Source of the DNA: Eledone cirrhosa
Taxonomy: Eukaryota
Direction of reading: 5' to 3'
Length of the DNA: 64,000 bases
NCBI GenBank assembly: GCA_964016885.1
Contig: OZ024742.1
Span: forward strand, 191,084,001 to 191,148,000
The notes under the pieces are model-generated. The model had not been told where the DNA came from, made no database searches, and saw nothing but the letters and a program-made list of their open reading frames with translations. Both the position numbers and the translations under genes were made by a program. This document shows positions 43,043 to 56,943 of the stretch, piece by piece (position 1 is the first letter of the stretch; each line of letters opens with the position of its first letter).

Positions 43043-44990
43043 TGATAAGTTGTTTACAGACCCGGTCTGTACTACTTCACACTGAAGGCCAAAAATCCGA
43101 CTTTGACCGCAAACCATCCATCAGGCTTATACAGCCAACGAAGTCGGACATACGGAGAATCAGTAAAAAGATCCTAGACCGCGTTATACCAAAAGTTAAG
43201 CAAGACGAAAGACTTACCCTATGGGTCAGCTCCCAGGAAGTAATCTCACGGTTCAGGAATATGGAGAACAAACGAGACACAAAATTCATCCAGTTTGACA
43301 TAGAGAATTACTAGCATCTATTACCTTGCCGCTCCTTACGGCCGCCTTGGACTTTGCCGAAACACTCACACCCATCACTGACCAGGAAAGAAATATCATT
43401 CTCCACGCAAGGAAGACAGTTCTGCTTTTCGACAACTCTAAGTGGATACAGAGAGCTCCAGACTCCCCCTTCGACGTCAGTATGGGCGCGACGGATTCGG
43501 CCCAGGTCACAGATCTTATAGGATTATTCCTACTATTTAAACTTACCGAAATGTTTCCTGCATTCGGCGGTGGATTATACCGAGATGATGGGCTCCTCAC
43601 CCTCAAAGGGTACAACCCCAGTAGTAAAGACCGGGTCCGTAAACAACTTATCAACTTCTTCCGGGACAGGGGATTTAAAATCACCCTACACACGTCCCTA
43701 ACCCGAGTCAATTTCCTGGACGTTACCCTTAACCTCGAAAATGATCTGTACTACCCATACGGGTAACCAAACGACAACCTACACTACATCCACCACCGCT
43801 CTAACCATCCTAGAAACATCACCAAAAACCTGGTTAAAAACAACTCCCACTGCATATCTCGTTTGTCCGCTAATGAGCAGATATTCGAGGGACATGCGCT
43901 TTATTACAACCAGGCCCTCAAGCGGAGTGGCTTGCGGGAGGAAATATCCGTTTATCCAGCTTCTCTTATCGGAACCAGCAGGCGAAACCGCCGCTCACGC
44001 AACGTAACGTGGTTCAATCCTCCCCACAATGCCGAGGTGGCAACAACTATCGGGAAAATCTTCTTTAGGCTCCTTGAAAAACACTTCCCACTACAACACC
44101 GCTACCACAACATAATCAACAAAAACACCATCAACATCTCCTACAGCACCACACCTAACTTCGAACAAAACATCGTCTCCTCAAACAACAAAAAACTCAA
44201 CCCCTATGGAAGAAAGAACCTAGACATCAGTGGAGAGCCGACCAGGAGGTGTAACTGCCCTGATAGTTCTACGTGCCACCTCAACAACAGATGCCGAGAA
44301 CGTAACGTAATCTACCAGTGCAACGTGAGGATTGACACCTCCAACAAAGCTTATATAGGATTAACCGCTTGTGACTTTAAGACCCAGCTCTACTAACACG
44401 GCCATACTTTCCGCAACCCTGTCCGGCGACATGCCACTACACTTTCGGGCCACATCTGGGACCTCCAAGATAATAATATAACCTACAATCTTACTTGGAG
44501 CTTACTGTCCAGAGCTAACTCTTACACGGGAGGACGCCGTCCGTGTAACTTATGCTCGGAGGAAACATTACAAATGCTGTTTTCGAAGGATCAACTCCTA
44601 AACAAGAAAGACGAACTGGTAGCCGCATGCAAACACAGACTGCGTAGGACTTACCTCGCCCTCAAACCCCATAACGACCCGGGTGGGTAGACAAGGGCTG
44701 ATACCCCCGCCCCCACTTGCCGAATAAGTTAGGGGAAACCCCAGCTTACATAGGTAGATGCACCTCTTTTCTTTTCCTCTATGTTGTCTTTTTCCCCCTG
44801 TCTCATCCTATCACTTCCTTCCACTCCCGATCTTCTTCCTCGTCTGTTTTTCCCCTTCCGCCTACCCGATGCAGCCTATCGGGCCTCTGTAGGCTCAGTA
44901 CCCCCACCCCTGTAATTTTAAGGTAGAATTGGCCGAATACGCTTTACTAACTATTCATAGCAGATGTGTTAGACCGCTGAAAAGTTTGCA
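43037..44990 (+). mobile_element. 5'-truncated Penelope-like retroelement: RT plus C-terminal GIY-YIG endonuclease, pseudogenised
   Basis: FIQFDIENY, FDVSMGATDSA, LYRDDGL (catalytic), VNFLDVTLNL, WFNPPH, CNC...C...C, VIYQC...AYIGLT (GIY-YIG), CNLCSEE, LLNKKDEL..CKH; ends with TAG at about 44690. Frameshifts near 43070 and 43312, stops at 43764 and 44394. Abuts (TA)n at its 5' end. Confidence 0.92.
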
Positions 44991-45008
44991 TTATTTTTTT
45001 TACTACCA

Positions 45009-45193
45009 GGGCGGTGGATTGGCAGTATCGGTAGAGGGTCGGACGCCATGCTTTCCAGCATAGTTACGTCCCTTTACGATCTGAGTTCAAATCCCGCCGA
45101 GGTTGACTTTGCCTTTCATCCTTACGGGGTCGATAAAATAAAGTACCAGTAATGTACTGGGTAATTTCTGGCCTTGTGCCAATAGTAGAAACA
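45009..45193 (+). mobile_element. Full-length tRNA-derived SINE with 19-bp TSD
   Basis: TSD ATTATTTTTTTTACTACCA at 44990-45008 and 45194-45212; A and B boxes; Nin/Deu-like core. Confidence 0.93.
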
Positions 45194-45721
45194 ATTATTT
45201 TTTTTACTACCAACTTCTACAATTTTAGTATTTTCCATTCTCGACTTATAGCTTTCTATAGCTTTAGCAACACCTACTCATTTTATCACCTGTTTATAGA
45301 CTCTACTGTTTTTGTTTTTTTTAATTCATTTCTCACTATCTATTTTATATATATTTTTTTCATATTTCTTTCTATTATGTTTTATTATCTTCTACTCTCA
45401 TCTGATTTACCTATTCTATACCCTTCCTCCTCCATTTTTCTCCGGAACAATTCTTCGACTTTCCATACACTATCCTTAGAATCTGCTGTATAGATATCAC
45501 TTTCAACGCTTGACCGGCTCCACTCACTCCCTAATTGTTCTACAGGCAAGTTCAGCCACCTCTACCTCCCACCAAATGCCATGATAGACTTGTGTTTACA
45601 ACATGATAGACTTGTGTTTACAACAAATTTTGACCAATCCTGACAACTACAATCTTCCCATATGAGGAAGTACACCTTGATAAGTTCGGCTATTTATTTA
45701 CCAGGCTAAAAATTCAAATTT

Positions 45722-45860
45722 TGTCCAGAAATAGACGTCGAAACGGCTTGAGCTCTGCCGTCGGGGTCATAATTGTTACTATTACCCACTCTACTACCCT
45801 AAGTATTGAGTACTCTGGTGCGTTATGGTCCATCTCGTTCGTTACCACATCTTCTTCGTT
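45722..45860 (+). mobile_element. Copy of the 13679-13812 element end
   Basis: CCAGAAATAGACGTCGAAACGGCTTGAGCTCTGCCGTCGGGGTC...TTCGTTATATA. Confidence 0.8.
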
Positions 45861-45872
45861 ATATATATATAT

Positions 45873-46144
45873 ATATACGATATTAATAAATGGAAACTAT
45901 ATTTATAAAACCATATTTATTTCATTATACATATTTCAGGGATACCAAATCAAATTATGGTATGCTTTCATCAGACAAAATATAATATATAACAGTTTTA
46001 CAAATAAGCGTTGACGTAAAACTGTTATATATTGTATTTTGTCTGATGAAAGCATACCATAATTTAATTTGGTATCCCTGAAATATGTATAATGAAATAA
46101 ATATGGTTTTATAAATATACTTTCCATTTATTAATATCGTATAT
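45873..46144. mobile_element. Fold-back element, about 129-bp arms, HHR-like core
   Basis: Arms 45873-46001 and 46016-46144. The + arm has CTGATGA...ATACCA-loop-TGGTAT...GAAA-TATG-TA. Relatives at about 16590-16640 (-) and 40070-40135 (-). Confidence 0.8.
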
Positions 46145-46261
46145 CTACTCCAAATACTTGTCGAGTGCTTTATATCAGTTATAAAAATATTTACTTGTTG
46201 TATCCCAACAATTTTAAATAAAACTTTTGCATATATATATATTATATATATTTTTTTTAAG

Positions 46262-46425
46262 TATAGAAAAGCTTCTTCAGGACTAGAACTGTTCATTCGT
46301 GAGAATGATGATTTCTCACGAATGAAACAGTTCTAGTCCTGTAGAAGCTTTTTTATATTAAAACATTTATACTCTGCTATGTATTGAGTATCTTACTTAC
46401 TGTGGTTACCCCCGATTCAACCAGG

Positions 46426-46430
<5 letters not shown>
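46262..46430 (+). mobile_element. Fold-back element of the 7552 family
   Basis: Arms 46262-46305 and 46313-46357; the tail matches the reverse complement of 7556-7620; ends near (TA)n. Confidence 0.78.
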
Positions 46431-46484
<54 letters not shown>

Positions 46485-46488
<4 letters not shown>

Positions 46489-47436
46489 AATACATTAACA
46501 GAGAAAGCTTTAAGCTATACTCTGACTGGCATCCATCTCACTCAACAAACATTAGGATATACCTTAGTATAATCCCAATTTTACGTTTGGGGTGCCAACT
46601 ATATGTATTTTGCGGATACCCAGTTGTATTATTTTATATGAGACATAATTAAAATACATCTCCCTTTCCAAACAATTGTTTCATTATAAGATTTCTACAA
46701 GTTGGGAAAAATGTGTCCAGGTTATGTAGAAGCCTACACATAGTCCGTAGGAATATATGCAGGTGGGCACTTATAAATCATCAGTGGATGCCCGTCAAAC
46801 ATCGATATAAAAAAATTTCTTACCGATATCTAATGTTCTTCGATGGTCCCCCTCCGTATCAGATTGACCGCCAAATTTGAAATTCCAGCAGTCTCAGAAT
46901 GAGAAATTTCACAGTCATCAAGCGGAAAGGAGAGGTCATCGCGAAACATAATAAAATAAAATAATATGAACGCGGGTCAATTAATTTTTTCAATAACTTT
47001 AACCTTGCGTGTGAAGAACTCGATTAGATTTTAAAAAAATAAATATATGCATCTATTATTTATACACATATAGGTATTTTCTTAGGCTAAAAACAGAGAT
47101 AAATACAGAGATATGATACCAGAATAACAATCAATATTTCATAGAAATAATAAATACGGAAGGTTACACTTAAATGGTATCTGGAAATATTCATCTCTGG
47201 CCAAATCAAGAGTATAATATTTAATACCTTAACAGAGAAAGCTTTAAGCTATACTCTCACTGGCTTCCATCTCACTCAACAAACATTAGGATATACCTTA
47301 GTATAATCCCAATTTTACGTTTGGGGTGCCAACTATATATATTTTGCGGATAGCCAGTTGTATTATTTTATATGAGACATAATTAAAATACATCTCCCTT
47401 TCCAAACAATTGTTTCATTATAAGATTTCTACAAGT
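46485..47436. mobile_element. Partial tandem: 218-bp direct repeats (46485-46702, 47219-47436), period 734 bp; pseudo-LTR-like
   Basis: Direct comparison of the two repeats; no TG...CA ends; begins at (TA)n. Confidence 0.75.
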
Positions 47437-47761
47437 ATATAATAAAATAACTAGAGTCTGGACTGGTGTAACTCCTTAATGGTTTATTATGCTATGAACA
47501 TTTCAAGGACCGGGTTCAGTATGAATCCGGTGACATCATCAGGTATTCGAATGTTAATAATAGTATAATAAACCTTTAAGGAATTACACCAGTCCATCCT
47601 CTTCTTATTTTATAATAATTAACTCCGCTCTCGCAGCACCAACAACACAAACGAAGATGGGTGAGTTGCATTACGTCGGGTGCACTCACTATTATTACCT
47701 CAAAGTTGACTATACGGAATGACCAGTTCTATCCAGTGGTGAACCAACAAACCTAAATATG

Positions 47762-47818
<57 letters not shown>

Positions 47819-47872
47819 GGTAAACAGAAATAACAACACAATCGGTACAGTATATGGAAGGTATATATTAGG

Positions 47873-47930
<58 letters not shown>

Positions 47931-50722
47931 AAAGGCAAACAGAAATACCAAAGCAAATGACACACTATAATGAAGTAATATATTATTAGTTTTAAGCTTG
48001 GTATAGTAGGAAAATAGTCTTAACGTTTTGGACGCTAGTCCTTCATCGGGATATAGAATGAGAAATTAAAGAAGAAATAAAAAGATTGAGGTGCCGGTTA
48101 GGGCGGAAAAGAAAATAATTGTTTCGTGTTGGCTACGTAAGTTCATATATTTGTATCGAGTGAAACTCTTTAGATTGCAACAATGTTTGTTCCATTAACG
48201 ATAGGATTGAGCACGATAGTGTGTCACAAGGCTATTTGCTTTTTAATTTACTAGTACAATCCATGTGTAGGGCTTCCCAACAGTTTCTGTCTACTCTGAT
48301 TGATTCACAATACATATATCAACACAAGGCTGTGTTAAATGTTATTTAGACAAGATATCACAGAGTGAGATCGAACCCGCTCCCGTAATGGCTGTAAAGT
48401 GAATTTCTAAATCATTTGACCATGCTGTGTCCACAAAGATTTAAATCTATGTTTATATGTGTATACGTCTACACACAGGCAGCACACACACACACACACA
48501 CTCACACACACATATACACACACACACACACACGCACACACACACTCACACACACACACACCCACACACACTCACACACACACACATATATATATATATA
48601 GTAATAAAAAAAATAGATACGAAGACCAAAATCCCCACCCCACCAAAATAAATATATATACATGTGCATGATTATGCATATATCACTGTGTATCTATGAA
48701 TATATACATTTCATGGTGGTACATTTGTCTGTGCCTAACAGTTCCCCGTCGATTGCACAATTTCTTTGCCAATGCATCAGTAATGCGTCTCTTATGTAAA
48801 TAAACTTAGACAGTAAACAACACAAAGATATAATGTGTTTAGTATATCTAACATGGCGCTCCTTCTTGCTGATATTTCTCTTACTGCTTATGTCAGAATT
48901 GTCGCGATTGCACTTATTATTATTTTATTTTAAATAGGCAATTGTCATTGTATTCTTTTTTTTCCACTCTTTTTGTTTTTTTTAATTTTACTTATTTTCT
49001 TTTCCTTCTTCATTATTTTATTCTGTCCAACATCACAGCTTCCATCTCTTTAATTTCTTCGTCATCATGATCGTTTTGGGTGTCGTTGTTAATAATATTA
49101 TTTTTAAGCACATATCCGTATATATTATTAAATGTTCGTGCCTGAGAGAAAACACATCACATGGTTCATAACATTAGATTGACATAGAATCCTGCAGAAG
49201 ATATATACAATTCCATACGACGTTACCAATTCCTGGTTCAATATTTTTTAAATTTATTTTTACGTTTTATTTTATATTTATATTTTGCCGAATTAGCAGA
49301 GGCATTACACTGTCGGATTAAATGTTTTACGTTATCAGTTCTGTCGCTGTTTTTCTGTGTTCAAATCCTGCATTCTATCGTTGAAAAGTTGGTGACCAAC
49401 AGAGAGTATCATCAGTGAATAAACCAACTCTGACATTTACTTGGCCCATGCGTTGAATGTAATTCTATTATGTTATGTGTATGTAGTCTACTGGATCTAA
49501 AGGTTCGTTAGATCACCAGGAAAACTTCCTTCCTTTGTTATTTACTCAGTTACTTAACATTCTGGAAGAATATCATTCATCATTCTCAAGCGGATATTAA
49601 AGTACCAGTCAACATCTGGGGCGATTTAATCGCTTTGCCTATCCTTCAAACTACCGGCTTTGTTCCTAAATCAACCGCAGTTGATTGACAGAATCTATAA
49701 AGTGTCGGTCAAGATATTTGTGTTTAAGGCTCTTTATATAATGGGTTCAAATCACACCGAGTTCAATATTGCCTTTTATACTTCCAATGCAAATCAATTA
49801 AAGTACTATTCAAGTACTTGGATCGGTATAATCGATGTATCCTCCCTTTCAAAATTCTTGACCATGTCTGCTAATTTGAAACCCTTATTTTCCTTCTTCT
49901 TGTTCGATTTCTTACTTTATTTTTATAGAAAATTACTCTTTGGTTTGTTTTTCTGCAATGTTCTCCTCTCCATATTCCCATGCTTGGAATTAGAGGAATA
50001 TGCCAAAACTGAAAATAAATTTTTGTCATGGGAGTAAGATAACCTTAGGCAATGACTTAGAATAACAATTGATGTTTTCTTTATTTCAATTTAACTGTAG
50101 AAATGAATTTTTGTTAATACTATTGCTTTTAATGTTGATTTTAACGAGGGTGATGATTTGGGAATTGATGAAGATTATGGTATTGACGATAATTTAATAA
50201 GGTGTGGTGTGTGTGTGGGGGGGGGGGTCGTGATTCTCTCGGTCCTGAAAACGAAGACGACGAAGGAAATAGGGATATTGGGACCGCAACAGGGAGAATA
50301 AGATGACGAAGCACAATTCTTAGCCACTCAGTTATGCATGCTGCCACACAATATAATAAGACTGCTACAAATAATTATTACGTGCCTGGAGTGTTATCAG
50401 TTAAGTCAAATTCTGTTAGTTTAGTAAGCACCTCAACCATAAACAAATTTGTGTTGTCCTTAATAAGCAAAATTATTCCATCAAAATATATACATTTGTT
50501 AAGAGATTACTAATGAATACGGCTAGAGCAAAGCAGACTATGGAAATTTAACCTCTAGAAAGAAATTAAACTGCCCTTTCAATTTGGTGTGTTTGCTCGT
50601 CTCAAACAACTGGCAGACTGTTCTAGTAAGTGATTTAATCTAATGTCTAACTTCGTTCTCTGGTCGATGGAATTAATGTATTTTCAATTGGCTGTATAGT
50701 ATAATTCTTACTAAGTGATATA

Positions 50723-50802
<80 letters not shown>

Positions 50803-50832
50803 GTATATATATATATATATATATACATATAA

Positions 50833-50909
<77 letters not shown>

Positions 50910-51226
50910 GTCGCATAGTTACTCTCTCTTTCTCTTTCCTTCCCACACTATATCTCATCCACTCTTTGCACTCATATATATATATATGAGTGAGAGAGAA
51001 AGAGTTGGTATGCGACTTTATACAATTGCATTTCTTGTTATATAATGTTAGCTGTAGTTGTAGAGGGAGGCTATAATTTTTATCTCTTAATGTAATGAAA
51101 TATTTATGAATTGAGGAATAAAGTTAACCTTTCTTTATATAGAGGTTATTTTCTGCTTACAATTCTTACTGCCAGGAAAAACAACATACTGATATTTGCA
51201 GCAAACTGATACATTATTATTATTAT

Positions 51227-52205
51227 TGGCAGTATCAGTAGAGTGTTGGACACTATGCTTTGCAGCATAGAGTTACGGTCCTTTACGATTTGAGTTCAAA
51301 TCCCGCCGAGGTGAACTTTTGCTTTTCATCCTTACGGGTCGATAAAATAAATCACCAGTAATGCAGTGATGTCGATTTAATCGTCTTTCTTCTCCACCAA
51401 AATTGCTGGCCTTGTGCCTATATGAGAAACTATTATTGGCAGCATCGTTAGATGGTCGGAAAAGATGCTTGCAGCATAGAGTTACGGCTCTTTACGGTCT
51501 TAGTTCAAATCCCGCTGTGGATAACTTTGCCTTTCATCCTTACGGGGTCGATAAAATAAAGCACCAGTAACGTACTGGGGTCGATTTAATCGACTTTCCC
51601 CAAAATTACTGGCCTCGTGCCTATACTATAAATCATTATTATGTGTGTTGGCAGTATGTTAACTTTGCCTATCATCCTTATGGGGTCGATAAAATAAAGT
51701 ACCAGTAATGCACTGGGTAATTGCTGACCTTGTGCCAAAAGTAGAAACAATTATTATTATTATTGTTTGTGGGCCGTGAATTGGCAGTATCGGCAGAGAG
51801 CCAGACACCATGATTTCTAGCATAGGGTTATATCTCTTTACGTCCTGAGTTCAAATCTCGCCCATATTACATTTGCCTTTCATCATTGCAGGGTCGAATA
51901 TATAAAGTACAAGTAAAGTACTGATGTCGATTCAATCAACTTTTCCCTCCCCCAAAGAATGTTGTCTTTGTTCCTAAATCAGAAACCCTTATTTATTATG
52001 ATTTTTGTTTATTAGGTAGTGGATTCGCAGAATCGGTCGGGCGACGGGCATAGAGTTTGGCGCCTTTACTTTCTGAGATCAAATCCCATCGACGTTAGCT
52101 CTGGAGACGATAAAATAAAGTACCAGAAACTCACTGGGGTTGATTTAATCGACTTTCCCCTAACACCACAATTGTTGCTCTTGTGCATATATCAGAAACC
52201 ATTAT
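51227..52205 (+). mobile_element. Head-to-tail cluster of about 5-6 SINE copies or fragments
   Basis: Repeated TTGGCAG.ATCG heads (about 51227, 51436, 51648, 51781, 52020) and repeated cores, several joined at (TTA)n tails. Confidence 0.85.
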
Positions 52206-53018
52206 AATTGTTGCTATTGTTGATAGGTTAAATTGTTGTTCTACAAGATATGTTTGAGATAATAAATATCTCGGGATGGTGGGATGGTTTTCAAAGTAGA
52301 AAGTATTTACTATATTAGGCAATAGTTGTTAGTTGTTAGTAGTTTAATAGTTTGGTAGAATAGTATGCACTAAACTGTTGGTACAGAGATTTGTGTTTAG
52401 GAATAAACACGGGAAATCAATCATCAAATATCGAACACATCAAAAGAATGATAATTGAATGTATGGGCAGAAAAGTCAATAACATATTTATATATATATA
52501 TATTTCATAAATGTGCTTTTTGTTGTATTGTGTGTTTGTATAATTATATTATTGAAATGATTCGGTGAAAATGTTGTGAAAGACAAATTGTTTGAACATC
52601 TAAAATGACGCATTATTAAATGCTGCAATTCTCGGAACAGATTATACTGCTTTACCTTGTAATTATAACATTTTTATTTGGACACATTTATATAAAATAT
52701 TTCTCGAAGAATAATCTAAAGGTTGGCTGTTTCGTTAAAAGTTCGCTTCGAAGCCACTTGGTTTCGAGTTCTCCCTCACCACGTGGTACTTTGCCAAAAT
52801 TTCTGCTGCTTATAACCGCAAATTCATCAATGCACTGCGTGTGATATTGTGTAGTTGGAAACTGTGCAGAAGCCTCAAGAATATACTTGTGAAAATGATG
52901 ATGAAAAAGATGGGATCAACGCTCCGATTCTACTTCGTGTATTACTGTAATTTTTTAACTGCCCCTGATCCTAGCACACCATCTCTGTCTGTCTGTCTCT
53001 CTCTCTCCTCTCTCTCTG

Positions 53019-53104
<86 letters not shown>

Positions 53105-53129
53105 ATATATATATATATATATCTCATTC

Positions 53130-53570
53130 TTCGCCCACTTATTCCTCAGAGTGTCGTGGAGGCAGAGTCCCCAAACACTCCTTCCAGCTGGTCAAGACAG
53201 AAGCAACTGTCACCAACTGAGCCAAATGGATCCCCATGAGAGACCAGCCAAGATCATGGATGTTATCCAACGATCTTGCTCGGGGTCTATCCTGGGTCTC
53301 CTGTCGGGTGGTTTTACACGTCAAATCTGTTCAGCAATTTTTCCTGAAACATTCTAAGCACATGCACTTAGTATCAGAGATGTGGTATCTTAATTGGGAT
53401 AAGTAGCGGCTCTACTTGGAGTGACTTTCTGATCTCCAAGGTATGAACTCTATCGAGTAACATTAATCCGAAGATAATTCGGGGAAATTCCATTTCGGAT
53501 CCTTGTATTCGCATTCGTCTTCACCTGGTCATTAACCAAAATTCTGGGTCATAGATAAGGGTTGGCAAAG
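53130..53570 (-). mobile_element. RTE-clade (Rex3/Expander-like) LINE 3' fragment
   Basis: Minus strand: PTLIYDPEFWLMT...RIQGSEMEF...LLDRVHTLEIRKSLQVEPLL...RPRARSLDNIHDLGWS...LPPR. Confidence 0.8.
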
Positions 53571-55599
53571 ATTATATATATATATATATAGGCGGTGCCC
53601 CAGCATGGCCTCAGCCGGATGGCTGAAAATGGTAAAAGAGTAAAAGAGTAATATATATATATATATATACATATATACATATATACATATATATATATGC
53701 GCATGTGTGTGTGTTTGTGTGTATGTGTGTGTGTGTCTGTGTCTGCGTATGTTAGTTAACGATTACGGTTTATGCTCCGTAACTTCACCGTTAACAAAGT
53801 GGTTGATAAAATATGTACCAAACCTGAAGAAAATATTTAAAAACCCAATAATAGTTCAAAATAAAAATTAGGAAATTACATTGAAATTTGTACAGTAGGC
53901 TTTTATCCATGTAGCTCAAACAGTGGGTTCTGAAAATCTATAGCTGGAACATTTTTTTCATTAAAATGTAAGGAATGTGTAAATCTATTAATGTCCTGTT
54001 TCACATGATATTAGATCTTAGAGAGAAAACTTTAATTCCTTGCATAATCATACTTTTCTTGAGTTTTTCCAACTCCCAGAGATCGTAGTCTTATGCCTCC
54101 TGAAAAATATGTACACATGCAATTTCTATATGAGTGTCTGAATCACGCGGTTTTTTTTTCTTTGTAATAACATAGGGCAGTGGTCATGTCAATTAGAAGA
54201 CAATGCATTTCTCAGAATAACAATGTTACGGAACCTAAATGCTTATTGTCATATTACTGGGAAAATACTGCAAAAGACACTATAAAAGGTTGGCTATATA
54301 ATTATATATTTATTGTGATATACTTATAAAATGAATATAAAAAATAATAATAATGTAAAGAATATTCCCGCAATATAAAATATGGCAAAAGGGAATATTT
54401 TTTACACACATACACACACGCTTATACACGTCTACATTTAGAAGATAGCATACATAGATATACAATAATATATGTGATGGATCGCCAGTCGGTTTATACG
54501 ATGTGAATGCATTTGCTCTAACTATTGAAAGTCTAGCTCATAAAATAATGTGTAAGTTATTCAATATTCCTCAGATATGTGCAGCCTGAATATAATTACG
54601 AAGCCGAATCTGCGTGACACAGTGTATGACGTGAGTACAAGCCATCCGCCGAGTTAACATCCATTTTCTGCCTAATTTCATTTATAGGACTTAGGTAGTC
54701 TGAAGGATTTGGCAAAGGAATCTGATCAAGATGTCACCCAGTGATGTCAAACCTAGAGCTTTCGTAACTACTCAACCTTACTTGTATCCACAATTATACA
54801 TACACATTGAAGTTACAAGCCATAAAATACAAATTTTCTTTGGAAGTTTGGAAACCTGGAATTATTTGTAAGGAGGTAATATTATAACTAATAAAATATT
54901 TCTGTTACTGAAACTGAAACGAATGTTCTGGGTGTTATTACCAAACGAACGAGAACTTAAACAATATTCATTAAATGAATCACTGCTTCACATGAGCCAA
55001 CTGTAATTGGTACAGAATTATGTACTGGCTGTAAAACACTCATACACAATCTTACAGAGATTCATACAGGAAAAACATAAATGATATGTCTGTAAATGTA
55101 TCATTTTAAATTCTTATATAGCTTCAACCACTCTCACCTCGGATCGACTTAAGTATTGTTATTAAACATTGCTTAGGCAGAAATAGTGACAGCTCATTTG
55201 TTGCAACGGAACTATCATTTGAATGGCCATCAATGTAATACAGAACATTTAACAGATTCTACCAGATAAATACATTAACAACCTGTATCATTGAGTGAGT
55301 AGATAGTCCAATGGGTCGGTACAATTGAACACTGAAAACGTTGCGATATTAATTCACAACATAGACACACTTACTTACACGTGTGTGTATACATGTAGAT
55401 GTATGTGTATCGATGTGATTTATTTCATTAAGCATTGGTTTTTACATAACAAGTACTGTTTCATTTAGGGGAGGGTATTCACCATCGTTTGAAACAGTAC
55501 TAGTTCTTTAGAAGACACTTCTAAATGAAATAAATTACACACCCTCACTTCGCTCTGAAGATGGTGATTGGGTGAGGGTCTGTCCTCTCAACCATTATG

Positions 55600-55770
55600 C
55601 TACCGTGGGTGCCTCTGGATGATGATGTTCTTCCACACTATTCTATCCATGGCGCTGACTTTAACATCGTCGAGGTTGAGGCGCTCTGATTTCAGGTCCT
55701 CCTCAGTTTGTTTCGCCCATGTCTTCTTGGGTGCACCGTGTTGGAATCTCCAGTGCATGGGTCATTGTCG
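55600..55770 (-). mobile_element. LINE (RTE-like) C-terminal fragment
   Basis: Minus strand: GAPKKTWAKQTEEDLKSERLNLDDVKVSAMDRIVWKNII, resembling the GRP..TW...A.DR..W terminus. Confidence 0.55.
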
Positions 55771-56109
55771 AGACAAAGGTTAGTGTGGTAGTCTTCTGGT
55801 GCTAATCCTGCAGACGTAGCCAAGCTAAAGTGGTCTGCGTTGCCAGATTTGGTCTTCAATGGTCGGCTACTACTGTTCTCAGATGTTTTCGTTTCAGATA
55901 CCGCAGCACTGACCACTATATCGTTCGATCCTGCGCGATGCAAGACGCAGAACTCACTACTGGATGTATTGTGTACCCTTTCGTTATGTGAGGGAGTGCT
56001 ATTCTACGTTATATAAACTATAATAAAGGAAGGTCTGCGGGACTGCGTACGGTTTATTTTTTTTGTTATCCTGTTAGTAAAATAAGTTGGATTACTTTGA
56101 ATAAATAAT

Positions 56110-56294
56110 TGTTTCTACTTTAGGCACAAGGCCAGCATTACCCAGTTCATTACTGGTACTTTATTTTATCGACCCCGTAAGGATGAAAGGCAAAGTCAAC
56201 CTCGGCAGGATTTGATCTCAGATCGTAAAGGGACGTAACTATGCTGCAAAGCATGGCGTCCGACCCTCTACCGATACTGCCAATCCACCGCCCT
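56110..56294 (-). mobile_element. Full-length SINE with 19-bp TSD
   Basis: TSD ATTACTTTGAATAAATAAT at 56091-56109 and 56297-56315; nearly identical to the 45009 copy. Confidence 0.93.
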
Positions 56295-56819
56295 TCATTA
56301 CTTTGAATAAATAATGAATGAATATTGCATAATTTATCTACTTAATTTCGTAAAAATAAATAATTTAAAATTGACTTATTTTCAAAGTTGCACTTCCGGT
56401 ATACCGTTGCCACCACCACCACCTCTACTACCATATATATAGAAAGAGAGAGTCTGTGATGTCAACACTTCGGGTGGCGATCACTTAAATAAACATACTA
56501 ATTTTCTGTCACTAATTTTCTCCTAATGCCGTTTATATGTAACATCGCCCTTTTTAAATGTATCATGGATTACGTTACTGATTACATAAGACAGTGTCAC
56601 AACGTCTTCGTTCAATTTCTGTTTATATTGTCAATTACGGTTTTATTTGATGTATCATATCTACATGTATATATACTTGCGTATAACATCAATATACACA
56701 CTACACATGCTAGCAGAAAACCACTAGTATTATATAATCGTGTCTATGTGTGTCTATGTGTGCTTATATGTGTGTCTGTGTGTGTGTGTGCGTCTGTTTG
56801 CGCGCGTATAATCTCATGT

Positions 56820-56835
56820 CAGCAGCAGCAGCAGT

Positions 56836-56866
<31 letters not shown>

Positions 56867-56888
56867 ATAGTAGTAGTAGTAGTAGTAA

Positions 56889-56943
<55 letters not shown>

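Noticed and set aside
43037-44690. Selenocysteine recoding or programmed readthrough in the PLE ORF
   Set aside because: The interruptions are TAA/TAG codons and frameshifts, not TGA at Cys positions; ordinary decay.
45009-45095. tRNA gene
   Set aside because: A and B boxes belong to a SINE head; no cloverleaf; followed by SINE core and TSD.
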